Below are positions 1 through 10,211 of a stretch of 64,000 nucleotides of DNA, piece after piece. Under the pieces are notes generated by a model. It had not been told where the DNA came from. It worked only from the letters and a program-made list of their open reading frames with translations, and did not search any database. How positions within the stretch are numbered: the first letter of the stretch is position 1; every line of letters starts with the position of its first letter. Location: contig JBGSMD010000051.1 of NCBI GenBank assembly GCA_041740355.1, positions 128,001 through 192,000 of the forward strand. Direction: 5' to 3'. The DNA is from Bdellovibrionota bacterium (lineage in GTDB: Bacteria > Bdellovibrionota_C > UBA2361 > CALJRW01). Position numbers and translations under genes: made by a program.

Positions 1-21
1 AGGCTATTAAATCAAGTTATC

Positions 22-82
22 CCCTTTTAGGACGCCCAACATTAACTTTAATAATTACAAAATCTTAAGCGTCCTATAAGGG
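22..82. repeat. Short inverted-repeat element downstream of hisIE
   Basis: CCCTTTTAGGACGC (22-35) vs GCGTCCTATAAGGG (69-82), 13/14 complementary. Confidence 0.55.
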
Positions 83-100
83 AAGAACAAGCAGCGATAA

Positions 101-700
101 CTAAGCTGGTTTATGTCGATCTTGAAGGACTTGAACGATATCAGCAAACTTCAAATCCTGTTTGGCAGTTAGAACTAACAAATGAAACAATAAATCCGCG
201 GACTCTTCCAGGAATTTGGGCTTATTACCAATCACAGCTTCAATCACTGACTCTACTGCTTCCTCTCCTACTTTCTGCGCTATTGCGGGGATACCCTTAT
301 CCATTAATTCTTTAGTGTAGGAACTACCAACGGCTGCCAGCTTACGTTCATTAATTAAGTTTTCTAAATAGAAAAAGAATTGCGGTCCAAAATCATTCTT
401 CTCGTTAAAGCAGGTGTCTTGTCCAGTGTGACATGCTGGTCCATCAGGGTTTGCAGTAATCAAGATAGTATCCTCATCACAATCTAGTTTGGCATCAACT
501 AAATTTAAAAAGTTTCCACTTGTTTCCCCTTTTACCCAGATGCGATTCTTACTGCGAGAAAAAAAAGTAACTTTTTTACTGACTAGTGTTTCATTCCAAG
601 CTTCCTGGTTCATGTAGCCAAGCATCAGAACAACTCTGGTTGCTGCATCCTGAACAACGGCAGGTATAAGATCTTCAGGAGATTTAAAATTTGGATTCAT
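101..700 (-). CDS. hisIE: Bifunctional phosphoribosyl-AMP cyclohydrolase / phosphoribosyl-ATP pyrophosphatase
   Basis: [30 protein letters not shown] motifs, then [21 protein letters not shown]; follows hisF. Confidence 0.97.
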   Translation of the reverse strand: MNPNFKSPEDLIPAVVQDAATRVVLMLGYMNQEAWNETLVSKKVTFFSRSKNRIWVKGETSGNFLNLVDAKLDCDEDTILITANPDGPACHTGQDTCFNEKNDFGPQFFFYLENLINERKLAAVGSSYTKELMDKGIPAIAQKVGEEAVESVIEAVIGNKPKFLEESADLLFHLLVLTAKQDLKFADIVQVLQDRHKPA

Positions 701-1452
701 AATCGCACCTCTATATTATTATCTTTTAGAATTCTTTTTAAATCTGGGATTTTTATCTCACCAAAATGAAAGACACTAGCTGCAAGAGCTGCATCAGCTA
801 ATCCTTTAGTAAAAACATCGATAAAATCCTGCGGACAACCTGCACCCCCAGAGGCAATAACTGGAATCTTCACTGCTTTAGAAACTTGGCTAGTAATATC
901 TAAAGCAAACCCCTCCTTAGTTCCATCACTATTCATTGAGGTGAGCAAAATCTCACCCGCTCCCAGCGACTCAACTTTTTTAATCCAAGTTAAAGTATCA
1001 AGCCCAGTATCAATCGTACCACTCTTAACAAAGACATTCCAACTGCTGCCATTAAATTTTGTATCAACAGCCACAACCACACATTGACTACCAACTTCAC
1101 TGGCTAATTTTGAAATCAGTTCGGGGTTACTAACTGCTGAGGAATTAATACTTATTTTATCTGCTCCAGCTTGAAGTAAATCTTGAACATCAGCCAAAGT
1201 GCTAATACCACCACCAACAGTAAAGGGGATATTAATCTCTCGGGCAATTTTACTAACTAGTTCCTTGAAAGTTTTTCTTCGATCTAAGGTTGCGGTAATA
1301 TCTAAAAACACTAGTTCATCGGCACCCTGCTGAACGTAATACTTTGCTAATTCAATTGGATCACCGGCTTGTCGTAAATTCTCAAAATTAATCCCTTTGA
1401 CAGTTTGACCATCTTTAATATCAAGACATGGAATGATGCGTTTTGCTAACAT
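697..1452 (-). CDS. hisF: Imidazole glycerol phosphate synthase cyclase subunit
   Basis: [48 protein letters not shown]. Confidence 0.98.
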   Translation of the reverse strand: MLAKRIIPCLDIKDGQTVKGINFENLRQAGDPIELAKYYVQQGADELVFLDITATLDRRKTFKELVSKIAREINIPFTVGGGISTLADVQDLLQAGADKISINSSAVSNPELISKLASEVGSQCVVVAVDTKFNGSSWNVFVKSGTIDTGLDTLTWIKKVESLGAGEILLTSMNSDGTKEGFALDITSQVSKAVKIPVIASGGAGCPQDFIDVFTKGLADAALAASVFHFGEIKIPDLKRILKDNNIEVRL

Positions 1453-1503
1453 TGATGTAACATAGCTCAGAAATGAAAGTACTTAAAGAGGGCGTACTTT
1501 CAG

Positions 1504-2214
1504 TTAGCAAATTTGCTCTAAAGAAATTCGCCCTTCTAAAATTGCTTTACCAACAACAACAGCTGAAACTTTGGCATGATCAAGTTGTGTCAGATCTGTA
1601 TAATCAGCAACACCGCCACTTGCAATTAGATAAATTTCGGGAAAATCACTAATAATTTCTTGATAGAGCTCAAGTGCTGGCCCAGCCAAGGTTCCATCTT
1701 TACTAACATCAGTACAAAGAAATTGGTTAACTCCTAATGCTAAATATTGTTTAATAAAAGTATTTAACTCTAGTGAAGATTTATCCTGCCAAGCATTGAT
1801 CGCAATAAAACGATCCTTAACATCTGCCGCCATAATAATTTTTTCTGGTCCTAACGCTGTGATTATCTCAGCTGTTAATTCTGGATTCTTCACAGCAATA
1901 CTACCAAGATTAATTTTCTCAGCTCCAGCATTTATCACGTCCCAAGCTGATTGAAGCGTTTTGATTCCACCACCAAAATCAATCTCTAGTCCGGTTGTTA
2001 TTTTAATCTCTGTTAGCAGCTTTAGATTTTTCACTTCGCCGGCTTTAGCACCATCTAAATCTACTAAATGGAGTTTCTTAATTCCAACAGCAGCAATTTT
2101 CTTGGCAAAATCTACTGGGTTCTTATAATAAACTGTCTTCTCTTGATAATCGCCCTGATGAAGACGGACACATTCACCACCGATGATATCTATAGCTGGT
2201 ATTACTTCGATCAT
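1504..2214 (-). CDS. hisA: ProFAR isomerase
   Basis: IPAIDIIGGECVRL, LHLVDLDGA, GGGI, TDVSKDGTLAGP, IASGGV. Confidence 0.97.
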   Translation of the reverse strand: MIEVIPAIDIIGGECVRLHQGDYQEKTVYYKNPVDFAKKIAAVGIKKLHLVDLDGAKAGEVKNLKLLTEIKITTGLEIDFGGGIKTLQSAWDVINAGAEKINLGSIAVKNPELTAEIITALGPEKIIMAADVKDRFIAINAWQDKSSLELNTFIKQYLALGVNQFLCTDVSKDGTLAGPALELYQEIISDFPEIYLIASGGVADYTDLTQLDHAKVSAVVVGKAILEGRISLEQIC

Positions 2215-2401
2215 TTTTTAATTATTGTTAAGCTATCAGCCAATTCAAAAAATTGATCTGCTCTTAAGGTTTAACATTATTGTTTTAGCCATTCAAATCT
2301 GGAGACTTGTCATCTAATCGCCTGAGCAAAGAGGTAAATTCAGGATTTGAAAAACTAATTAATTTATTCTTTCCAGATCCGCCAAAATCACAGCGATTAA
2401 A

Positions 2402-2962
2402 TCATTCTTTATCTTTTTCATGGATCAATGACAGAGAGTTAATGCAAAAGCGATTCCCTGACTCGGATGGACCATCATCAAAAACGTGCCCAAGGTGCGC
2501 ATTACATCTAGCACAAACAACTTCAGTACGCTTCATCCCTTTTGAATTATCAACAATCAAACGAACATTCTTAGTATTAACTGGATCGGTAAAACTTGGC
2601 CAGCCTGTTCCCGAATCATATTTGGTATCACTTGCAAATAGCTCTAAACCACAGCTAGAACATAGGTAAGCACCCTCTCGTTTATCTTTATAATATTGAC
2701 CTGAAAAGGGCATTTCTGTGCCAGCTTTACGGCTAACATGAAATTGTTCTGGCGTCATACGCTCCTTCCAATAGTCATCTCCTTTTGACTGCCAGTCTAC
2801 TGGCTCATCACTAGTATGTGTCTCCAAATCAATAACTTGTTTAATTTTTGGTTTATCTGAAGATTCGGCGTTCATAGGTTTATTGTCAATTACGTAAAAA
2901 AGTATTCCTGCAAATAGTAAAATTAGACTTATTTTAACAACATTAGGAGTAAGGGTCTTCAT
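2402..2962 (-). CDS. msrB: Peptide-methionine (R)-S-oxide reductase with N-terminal signal/anchor
   Basis: GTE.PF, CSSC, KYDSGTGWPSF, CARCNAHLGHVFDDGP, RFCINS. Confidence 0.96.
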   Translation of the reverse strand: MKTLTPNVVKISLILLFAGILFYVIDNKPMNAESSDKPKIKQVIDLETHTSDEPVDWQSKGDDYWKERMTPEQFHVSRKAGTEMPFSGQYYKDKREGAYLCSSCGLELFASDTKYDSGTGWPSFTDPVNTKNVRLIVDNSKGMKRTEVVCARCNAHLGHVFDDGPSESGNRFCINSLSLIHEKDKE

Positions 2963-3076
2963 AGGTTAGATACAAAATAAAGCAAATTTCTATTACGATG
3001 TTTAGACTATACTATTGGCAAAACCTTCAAAGTTTTATTTAATCAAACAATATATCCACTTTCCTAGTCACAATCC

Positions 3077-4474
3077 ATGAACAAACCACTGTATTTCCTA
3101 GTTTTAGTTCTTTTAACGCCAAGTCTTTTACTTGGTATACCCTTTGACTTTGATTCCAATGGCTTAAGCGATCCCTCCTCCACAAAGGTTAACAGTACCA
3201 ACCAACTTAAATGGTCAACTAAGATTAATGCTGTAGAAATTCCTCTATCTTTAGCATTTGGATCGCTAGTTGATCACGTTGCCGCAGCTAATTACTTTGA
3301 TCAGGAGACTAATTTAGCTACAATTGATTACTCTGGCAGATGGAATATTTTTAAACTAGTTGGTCAAACAGGAACATTTATACACGGAGCAACAAATGCT
3401 CTTTATCTTTCGGGAGCCGACTTTGATGGGGATGGTTTAGCCGACGCAGCTTATTCCAATAACGTCTGTGAACAAAAACCTAGTAAAACATTTTTTAAGC
3501 TTAATCCTTTAGGAGCAAGTCCAATAGAAATTAGTTTCCCAACTGGCAAAGGATTTTTTTATAAGACCTATTTAGATACCAACAATGATGGCCGTGATGA
3601 ATTTTGCATTGCTAATCCAATTAAAAGCAAAAGTACTATGAATGGTCGCTTTCAGCTAATCTGCTATGATGTTTTATCTAAGCAAAAGGTTTTGGGAATA
3701 AATCTTAAAAAGCTTTACGAAGCTCCACGTCCACTTAGAAATCGTTCTGGCGCAGACTACATTCTAACCTATCGCAACCTAAGCAATTCAACTTTAATTA
3801 GAGTGATAGATGTGACTGGAAAAACAATTAAGAATATTAAAATTGAGCTTTCTGGAAAAATTATCTTAGGTCAATTTCAAGAAGGATCAGTCGAGCAAAT
3901 TGCAGTTGTTGATACAAATGATCGTGCTCGCATTTATAACCTTGAAACAAATAAAATTAGAAATCTTAGCTTTCCGTCTGGAGCTCCTTTTGACCATACT
4001 AACATTAATTATTTTACCTCTGCCTCAAACAATTACAACTGCTTTTGTAATACGACTGTAATTCAAGCTAATGGAGGAAGCTGCCAAACAACAACAAGCA
4101 ATGAGACCCCTGACGTAAATACTCCCGATACAAATACCCCACCAGTTCTTGGAAATAATAATTGTGATTTTAATCGATTAATTAATGATGGGCCAGATGG
4201 CTGGTTACATAAGCCTGTTTCAGATAGTGATGGTAAAATTGTTAATTTAACTAAAACCAGTGATTATCCAGCAACTTGTCGCTACGAGAACCCGAATGGT
4301 TCATTATTTAGAGCAGCATACTTATCGAGCTTTAGTAATCCCGACCGCCCAACATGGAGACCGATTGGCGGTGGAGGCTGTCGTGAATATCCTGATAATC
4401 TAATTTTTGCTTGTCAGATAAAAAGCAAGAAGTATTGTTGGAATATTCCCGATCCATGTTCGCGATACGACTAA
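3077..4474 (+). CDS. Secreted hypothetical protein with FG-GAP/Ca-binding-like motifs and Cys-rich C-terminal domain
   Basis: Signal peptide; DFDSNGLSD, DFDGDGLAD, DTNNDGRDE motifs; Thr/Pro linker; Cys-rich tail. Confidence 0.75.
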   Translation: MNKPLYFLVLVLLTPSLLLGIPFDFDSNGLSDPSSTKVNSTNQLKWSTKINAVEIPLSLAFGSLVDHVAAANYFDQETNLATIDYSGRWNIFKLVGQTGTFIHGATNALYLSGADFDGDGLADAAYSNNVCEQKPSKTFFKLNPLGASPIEISFPTGKGFFYKTYLDTNNDGRDEFCIANPIKSKSTMNGRFQLICYDVLSKQKVLGINLKKLYEAPRPLRNRSGADYILTYRNLSNSTLIRVIDVTGKTIKNIKIELSGKIILGQFQEGSVEQIAVVDTNDRARIYNLETNKIRNLSFPSGAPFDHTNINYFTSASNNYNCFCNTTVIQANGGSCQTTTSNETPDVNTPDTNTPPVLGNNNCDFNRLINDGPDGWLHKPVSDSDGKIVNLTKTSDYPATCRYENPNGSLFRAAYLSSFSNPDRPTWRPIGGGGCREYPDNLIFACQIKSKKYCWNIPDPCSRYD

Positions 4475-4527
4475 CTTTTACTTCTAAACTCTTATTAATT
4501 TGATACCGCAAATAAAAATAACTGAGG

Positions 4528-5130
4528 TCATTGTAATCGCTCTTTTAAGATTTTTAAATAATTAGTAAAGCTATGCGCCTGCTCTTTAGGACCATCAAAT
4601 TTTTCAACTTGAGGATTTACAAAACGATAATCATCACCAGCTAATTTTTGGTAAATCTTAAGCAGCGGTAAGGTGATTTTAGTAACGATATCACCTTCTA
4701 GTGAAAAAGAGTTTATCTGTTTAATTTCCTTCGGCCAAAGATGCATCGCAGCACCAACAGTTGTAATCGAGATTCGTTCTGCTAGTTTTTTCCAAGTAGC
4801 TTCCTCTCCATGCCCGACCAGCCTTTCTTTGATTTTAACTAAAGTATTACAAGTGATAATACTGCCCTGACTATAGGCAAATAATTTAATTTCACCATCC
4901 TTCCTTAACTCTTTTAAGATTTGGCGATAAAGTTCTCTGGTAGCTTCTATCTCAACTTTAAAGCCCCAAGCACTACTTAAAATGCCAGCGATAGCAAAGC
5001 CAATGTCTAAAACGGCTCCCGAAGTCCCATTTGGAATTAATCTAGTCTCAATCCCTAGAGAAAGTTTAGCTTGTGATAAGTAGTTTTTTTGTACTTCTAA
5101 GTCAGTACAAATTCCTGTAACCATTAACAT
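4528..5130 (-). CDS. Putative alpha/beta hydrolase (start uncertain)
   Basis: AYSQGS nucleophile elbow, TVGAA, GDIV and C-terminal AHSF give a Ser-Asp-His order. Confidence 0.6.
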   Translation of the reverse strand: MLMVTGICTDLEVQKNYLSQAKLSLGIETRLIPNGTSGAVLDIGFAIAGILSSAWGFKVEIEATRELYRQILKELRKDGEIKLFAYSQGSIITCNTLVKIKERLVGHGEEATWKKLAERISITTVGAAMHLWPKEIKQINSFSLEGDIVTKITLPLLKIYQKLAGDDYRFVNPQVEKFDGPKEQAHSFTNYLKILKERLQ

Positions 5131-5205
5131 GATGATTAGGATTCAATTCTTAATGCTGGGATTCAAAATTGAACGAGCATTTTAATTTTTGTTAAATTTT
5201 TGGAA

Positions 5206-5571
5206 TTAACTTGCTTTGGGAGTTTCAACCCTAAATCTTACTTCACTAACCTTTTGACCATCATTTAAATATTTTTGAAGTCGACCAAGAATAATTCTAG
5301 ATTGGAAGCTTAATTCTTGCGCCCAAGCAGAACTAGGAACGGAGATAAATAAAGTTTCGCCGCTAATACTCTGTGGCTTACAGATTTCCGACAATTCCTC
5401 GCCCACAATCTCTTTCCAGTTAAGCACAAAGTTATATTGCAAGATTTTTTTATCAATTCGATAAGCGCGCATTGCCGCTTGAAGTACATTGGAAATTTTA
5501 GCAGGCTTGGAGGGGAAACGATAATTACTCAAGTTTGTTAAATTAAATATTATTGTTAAGTATTCAATCAA
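5206..5571 (-). CDS. dciA: DUF721 / DciA family replicative helicase loader (start uncertain)
   Basis: WKEIVGEELSEICKP..LFISVPSSAWAQELSF typical of DUF721. Confidence 0.85.
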   Translation of the reverse strand: MIEYLTIIFNLTNLSNYRFPSKPAKISNVLQAAMRAYRIDKKILQYNFVLNWKEIVGEELSEICKPQSISGETLFISVPSSAWAQELSFQSRIILGRLQKYLNDGQKVSEVRFRVETPKAS

Positions 5572-5587
5572 TGCTCAAACGTAGCTA

Positions 5588-5713
5588 CTAAGCGTTTAGA
5601 GTTTGAGCGGAGGTCGAATTAAAAAATTTGGTAAATACGCAGCTGTACTAATGATACAGCGAGTATTTTACCAAATTTTTTCTTTCGAGATACGCCAAAG
5701 GCTAAGCGGTTAG
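5588..5713. repeat. Long imperfect palindromic element (RPE-like), copy 1
   Basis: Nested stems, AAAAAATTTGGTAAATAC/GTATTTTACCAAATTTTTT; core 5640-5666 shared with 48359-48385. Confidence 0.65.
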
Positions 5714-5985
5714 CGTTCTTCTAAGAAGATGATTTGTTCATCAGGTTTTGCAAGGGCAAAATGATCACGAGCATATTGTTCAATAATAGCCGGATTATGG
5801 TTTAAGTCATACACTAGTTTCTTTAGATTTTTAACTTCTTGATCTAGACGCTCAAACTCTTGTTTTTCATTTAAAAGGTCTGACTGAAGGGTTTTAAGGT
5901 GATCGTAACTTTGGTCTTTAAAATAAGTAGCCCCGCCAGTCAGGATAACAAGGAATAAAATGATATATGGGGTGTACTTTCTCAT
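5710..5985 (-). CDS. ftsB: Septum formation initiator FtsB/DivIC family
   Basis: N-terminal TM, coiled coil, IEQYARDHFALAKPDE motif; next to eno. Confidence 0.88.
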   Translation of the reverse strand: MRKYTPYIILFLVILTGGATYFKDQSYDHLKTLQSDLLNEKQEFERLDQEVKNLKKLVYDLNHNPAIIEQYARDHFALAKPDEQIIFLEER

Positions 5986-6120
5986 GGCAACAAATTTCTT
6001 GGATAAAACCTTAAATTAACCAAAGTCCTACGGTAATATTAGCATTGTTAAAGCCTTTTAAAAAGCTGCTTTCTACAAAAAGCATAATATTTCTAATCAA
6101 TGGTGGTATTTTAAAGTCAG

Positions 6121-6186
6121 ATAGTTATTACAAAAAAACAATTTGCCCTATTTATTAATAGGTAATTAATTTGGAGGGTAACTATA
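6121..6186. mobile_element. Correia-like MITE, module B (degenerate)
   Basis: ATAGTTATTACAAAAAA...GGTAACTATA; homologous to copies at 25513, 29189, 32319, 54040, 60449. Confidence 0.6.
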
Positions 6187-6376
6187 AAAAATGGAAGCAA
6201 GTTTTACCAAGTGGGAAGGTCTTCGGAGCACACGGGGTATTAACTTTTTTAGTTTTGCTGTTAGCTTAAAGTTACGCTATAACTTGCAATAAATGTGAGT
6301 TTTAGAAAAGCTAGCTACCTTTAAGATGTGCTCTCTGATCCAAGACTTAGAGTGTATTTTTACAATATAAATTACT

Positions 6377-7663
6377 ATGAGTTCAAAAATTAAATCAATC
6401 TCAGCTTTTGAATGCCTTGATTCCAGGGGATTCCCAACAATTTCAGCGACTGTGGAATTAGAAAATGGTGCCCTAGGTACAGCGATGGTTCCATCTGGTG
6501 CTTCTACAGGGGAACATGAAGCTCATGAACTTCGCGACGAAGATGCTAAGCGTTACAAGGGTAAAGGGGTATTAAAGGCAATTGCTAACCTCGAAAAAAC
6601 TCTTGCTCCGGCTGTTATCGGACTTGATGCTTGCGACCAACAAGCAATTGATCAAAAATTAATTGCAACTGATGGATCTGAAAATAAGCAAAACCTTGGT
6701 GCTAATGCAATTTTAGCAATCAGCTTAGCGACTGCTCAAGCCGCTGCAGCTAGTCAAAGATTACCACTATTCCGTTATATTGGTGGAGAACAAGCTACCT
6801 ACAAAATGCCAGTACCAATGGTTAACGTGATTAATGGTGGGGCCCACGCTGCTAATTCTCTTGATTTTCAAGAGTTTATGTTAGTTCCTCATTCTGGAAA
6901 AACTTTTTCAGAAAACATTCAAGCTGCTAGCGAAGTATTCCATACTCTTAAGAAGAATTTACAGAAAAAAGGTATGAGTACAGGGATTGGTGATGAAGGT
7001 GGCTTTGCTCCGAACTTAAAAGATGCGGAAACAACAATACTAACTCTGCTAGAAGCAATCAGCGATGCTGGATATGAGCCTGGCAAAGACATTGCCCTTG
7101 CTTTAGATGTCGCAGCTAGCGAAATGTATAACCGCGAAACTGGAAAATATGTTTTTAAGAAAAGTAGTGGCGAAAGTGTTTCTTCAGATGATTTAATTAA
7201 TCTTTATGCTGGTTGGACTAGCAAATACCCATTAGTAAGTATTGAAGATGGACTGGACGAAAATGACTGGGCTGGTTGGACTAAGTTAATGGCGACAATT
7301 GGAAATAAAACTCAATTAGTAGGAGATGATCTGTTTGTAACAAACGCTAAGCGTTTACAAGACGGTATTAACAAAAAAGCGGCTAACTCTATTTTGATTA
7401 AAGTAAATCAGATTGGAACTCTAAGCGAAACATTACAATCAATTGCTTTAGCTCACGAACATCAAATGACGGCTGTAATGTCTCATCGCTCTGGTGAAAC
7501 AGAAGACACAATTATTGCCGACTTAGCAGTAGCTACAGCTTGCGGACAAATTAAGACTGGTTCTGTTTGTCGTGGGGAACGTACTGCTAAATACAATCGT
7601 TTGCTTTGGATTGAAAAATTTCTTAGTAACAAAGCAGTAATGGCTACCCCATTTAAAGCTTAA
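6377..7663 (+). CDS. eno: Enolase
   Basis: DSRGFPT, VPSGASTG, GDEGGFAP, SIEDG, SHRSGETED, GQIKTGS. Confidence 0.99.
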   Translation: MSSKIKSISAFECLDSRGFPTISATVELENGALGTAMVPSGASTGEHEAHELRDEDAKRYKGKGVLKAIANLEKTLAPAVIGLDACDQQAIDQKLIATDGSENKQNLGANAILAISLATAQAAAASQRLPLFRYIGGEQATYKMPVPMVNVINGGAHAANSLDFQEFMLVPHSGKTFSENIQAASEVFHTLKKNLQKKGMSTGIGDEGGFAPNLKDAETTILTLLEAISDAGYEPGKDIALALDVAASEMYNRETGKYVFKKSSGESVSSDDLINLYAGWTSKYPLVSIEDGLDENDWAGWTKLMATIGNKTQLVGDDLFVTNAKRLQDGINKKAANSILIKVNQIGTLSETLQSIALAHEHQMTAVMSHRSGETEDTIIADLAVATACGQIKTGSVCRGERTAKYNRLLWIEKFLSNKAVMATPFKA

Positions 7664-7665
7664 CG

Positions 7666-9165
7666 GTGACGAAAGCTTTGTCCCCGGCAATATCACTGCT
7701 GATTTTATCTCTCGGTGGTATTGCTTTGGGACTAGCCTGGCTTCTCCCTCATACAATTCTTTCGGCGTTGCTTGGATTCACTGCTCTCTTCGCACTCCTA
7801 CTTCCCCTTCAAAACAAATCGAATTCTTACCTAGGCTATTTTCTTTTCGGAATGACGGCCAATGCCTCTGCCTTCTATTGGCTGATTCCAACCATCTCTG
7901 ATTTCGGAGGTTATCCACAAACTATTAGCATAGCGCTTTATGCCCTGTTCGCATTTTATCACGCAGGTCTTTATCTTTTATTTCTTTTTCTATTTAGAAA
8001 ACTAACAAGTCGCTTCCCGAGTTTCCCAATTATATGTGCGTTCGGAGCCTGGTCGACTGCTAAATATATATACCCTGAAATCTTCCCTTGGCATTTTTCA
8101 CATACAATTATTGAACTCCGATCTTTAGTCCAGGTTGTTGATCTTGGAGGAAGCATGCTGGCAACAGGAGTAATGTTTTTGATAGTAGCAATAGTTTTTC
8201 AGATCATAAATTATGAATTTAAAAGCCGAACCTTTTTGATCAATGTTTTGATTTTGCTGGCAACATTAATTTATGGAATGATCAGAACAAATCATTTCGA
8301 TCTGCTTCCAGCGACAGAGAAAAAAATTAGTATTGTTCAGTCCGAAGTATCCATTCAGAAAAGCCAAGGGGTTTCTTACTTAGCTGCAGACCCTAATCGC
8401 TATTTAGCTTTAAGCGAAGCGCTAGTGCCAACGAATCAGCCGGACTTAATAATTTGGCCAGAAACGGTGATCGTTCGTCCAGTTCCATCCAACATCCGCT
8501 CTGTTAATGAATCGGCATCAATTCCCTATATTGAAAATACAAATCTAATTACGGGCTCACTTAGCTTCACTAATGAAGACATCCATAATTCAGCTTTTGC
8601 GATTCTAGCTTCAGGAGATATTTTACCCCCTTACCATAAACAAATTTTAATGCCCTTTGGTGAATTCATGCCGCTAGCCGAAACTTTTCCCTTTCTGGCT
8701 GATTTAAATCCTAATTTTGCTCCGATTACACCGGGAAATGAAATCAGAATATTTAATTTGGCGAATGGGATTAAAGCTGTACCACTTATTTGTTATGAAG
8801 ATCTGACCCCCGCAATTAGTCGTGAGGCTAGCGCTCAAGGAGGAAATATCTTGGTAAATATCAGTAATGATGCCTGGTTTGGAAAATCCGCTGCCGCCTT
8901 ACAACACAATTTAATTGCCAGTTTTCGAGCTATTGAGAATCGACGCTTTTTAGCCAGGGCTACAAATTCTGGACTGTCGGCGGTAATCGATCCCACTGGT
9001 CAAGTAGTTGCACAAATTCCACTTTTTACAGAGGGACTGATTAATACTAAAATCAAACTAATTGAAGAGCGGACTATATTTACGAATTTTTATGGTTCTT
9101 ATTTTTGGTTAATGGTAGTAATTATATCTCTATTAATGTTAGTTTGCAGAAAAGCTCAAAAATGA
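7666..9165 (+). CDS. lnt: Apolipoprotein N-acyltransferase
   Basis: Multi-TM N-terminus; nitrilase triad IWPET, YHKQILMPFGE, LICYE; NDAWFG; RAIENRR. Confidence 0.96.
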   Translation: MTKALSPAISLLILSLGGIALGLAWLLPHTILSALLGFTALFALLLPLQNKSNSYLGYFLFGMTANASAFYWLIPTISDFGGYPQTISIALYALFAFYHAGLYLLFLFLFRKLTSRFPSFPIICAFGAWSTAKYIYPEIFPWHFSHTIIELRSLVQVVDLGGSMLATGVMFLIVAIVFQIINYEFKSRTFLINVLILLATLIYGMIRTNHFDLLPATEKKISIVQSEVSIQKSQGVSYLAADPNRYLALSEALVPTNQPDLIIWPETVIVRPVPSNIRSVNESASIPYIENTNLITGSLSFTNEDIHNSAFAILASGDILPPYHKQILMPFGEFMPLAETFPFLADLNPNFAPITPGNEIRIFNLANGIKAVPLICYEDLTPAISREASAQGGNILVNISNDAWFGKSAAALQHNLIASFRAIENRRFLARATNSGLSAVIDPTGQVVAQIPLFTEGLINTKIKLIEERTIFTNFYGSYFWLMVVIISLLMLVCRKAQK

Positions 9166-9875
9166 AAAAAATTATTACCTTAACTCTTAAGTCAATCCCA
9201 TTATGCTGTCTAATACTAGTTGCCTGTTCTTCCCCAAAAGCAGGACCGGATAAAACTGTTGGTGGAGCAGTATTAGGAGCTGCCTGGGGAGCTGGTGCTG
9301 GAGCTATCGTTGGCAATCAATTAACACCTGGACGTACAGGCGAAGGTGCCGCGGTTGGCGCCGGTGTCGGTATAGTTTCGGGGGCATTACAAGGTGCCGG
9401 GTATGACCAAGTTGAAGATGAATTATTAGTTTATGAAGAAGAAATAGAAGATTTGAGAATTAGAAACATGGCCAACGGTCAACAAATTGCCAATCTTCAA
9501 GCAAGATTAGATGGGGATCAGGCTTTAGAACTTGCTGCTAACGTCTATCAAGTTTTTTTTGAATCAGATGCTACGAATTTAAAGTCAGGCTCCATTAATA
9601 ACCTAGAGCAAATCGCCGATCAGTTTATTAACAACTCACGCATTTCCAAGGTTTATGTTGTGGGACACACAGATGAAACTGGTGACGATAAATATAACAT
9701 TAAACTTTCCAAAGAACGAGCGGAATCAGTAGCGGCATATCTAAAAGGTCGGGGAATTAGTAATCATCAGATAATTGTAAGCTATGAGGGTGCCAATAAG
9801 CCGATTGCGACAAATAATACGGCCGAAGGAAAACAGTTAAATCGCCGGGTTGATGTAACAGTTAGTCTGAATTAA
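9162..9875 (+). CDS. Glycine-zipper OmpA-family lipoprotein
   Basis: ATG 9162 overlaps the lnt stop; lipobox LVAC; GAVLGAAWGAGAGAIVG; VVGHTD..YNIKLSKERA..NRRV. Confidence 0.92.
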   Translation: MKKIITLTLKSIPLCCLILVACSSPKAGPDKTVGGAVLGAAWGAGAGAIVGNQLTPGRTGEGAAVGAGVGIVSGALQGAGYDQVEDELLVYEEEIEDLRIRNMANGQQIANLQARLDGDQALELAANVYQVFFESDATNLKSGSINNLEQIADQFINNSRISKVYVVGHTDETGDDKYNIKLSKERAESVAAYLKGRGISNHQIIVSYEGANKPIATNNTAEGKQLNRRVDVTVSLN

Positions 9876-10086
9876 GCCTATAAAATAATTAAATACTATA
9901 ATCTAATGTAATCCTAGAGAGTTTGCTCTTTTACCAGACTAACTTTACTATAATTCCTAAAATTGATATAAAAACGCTTCTTTTTTTGCAATGTGCGCAA
10001 AAAAATCTGTCTAACCCTGCAATTAAATTAATAGTGTTTGAAAAAAGCCAATATTTTTATTTGGCAATAAGATAAACACTATTTAT

Positions 10087-10173
10087 GTTGTTTTTGCGGT
10101 GCAAAACCTAAAATCCTCAATCGCTTAATTGGGGAGAATAGAAACCGGTATTTGCACTCGCCGTAAATTCAAC
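10087..10173 (+). promoter_or_regulatory. Candidate structured 5' leader of ahcY
   Basis: Nested stems GTTG/CAAC, TTTGCGG/CCGTAAA, GTGCAAA/TTTGCAC, CCTCAAT/ATTGGGG with G-U pairs on the sense strand. Confidence 0.35.
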
Positions 10174-10211
10174 TTTTTTGATAAGTATTTTTGAAATTTA
10201 CTATTAGCTAA

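Noticed and set aside
10130-10185. SAM-II or SAH riboswitch call before ahcY
   Set aside because: Only partial resemblance (AACCGG..TTGCA..TAAA); required pairing elements absent
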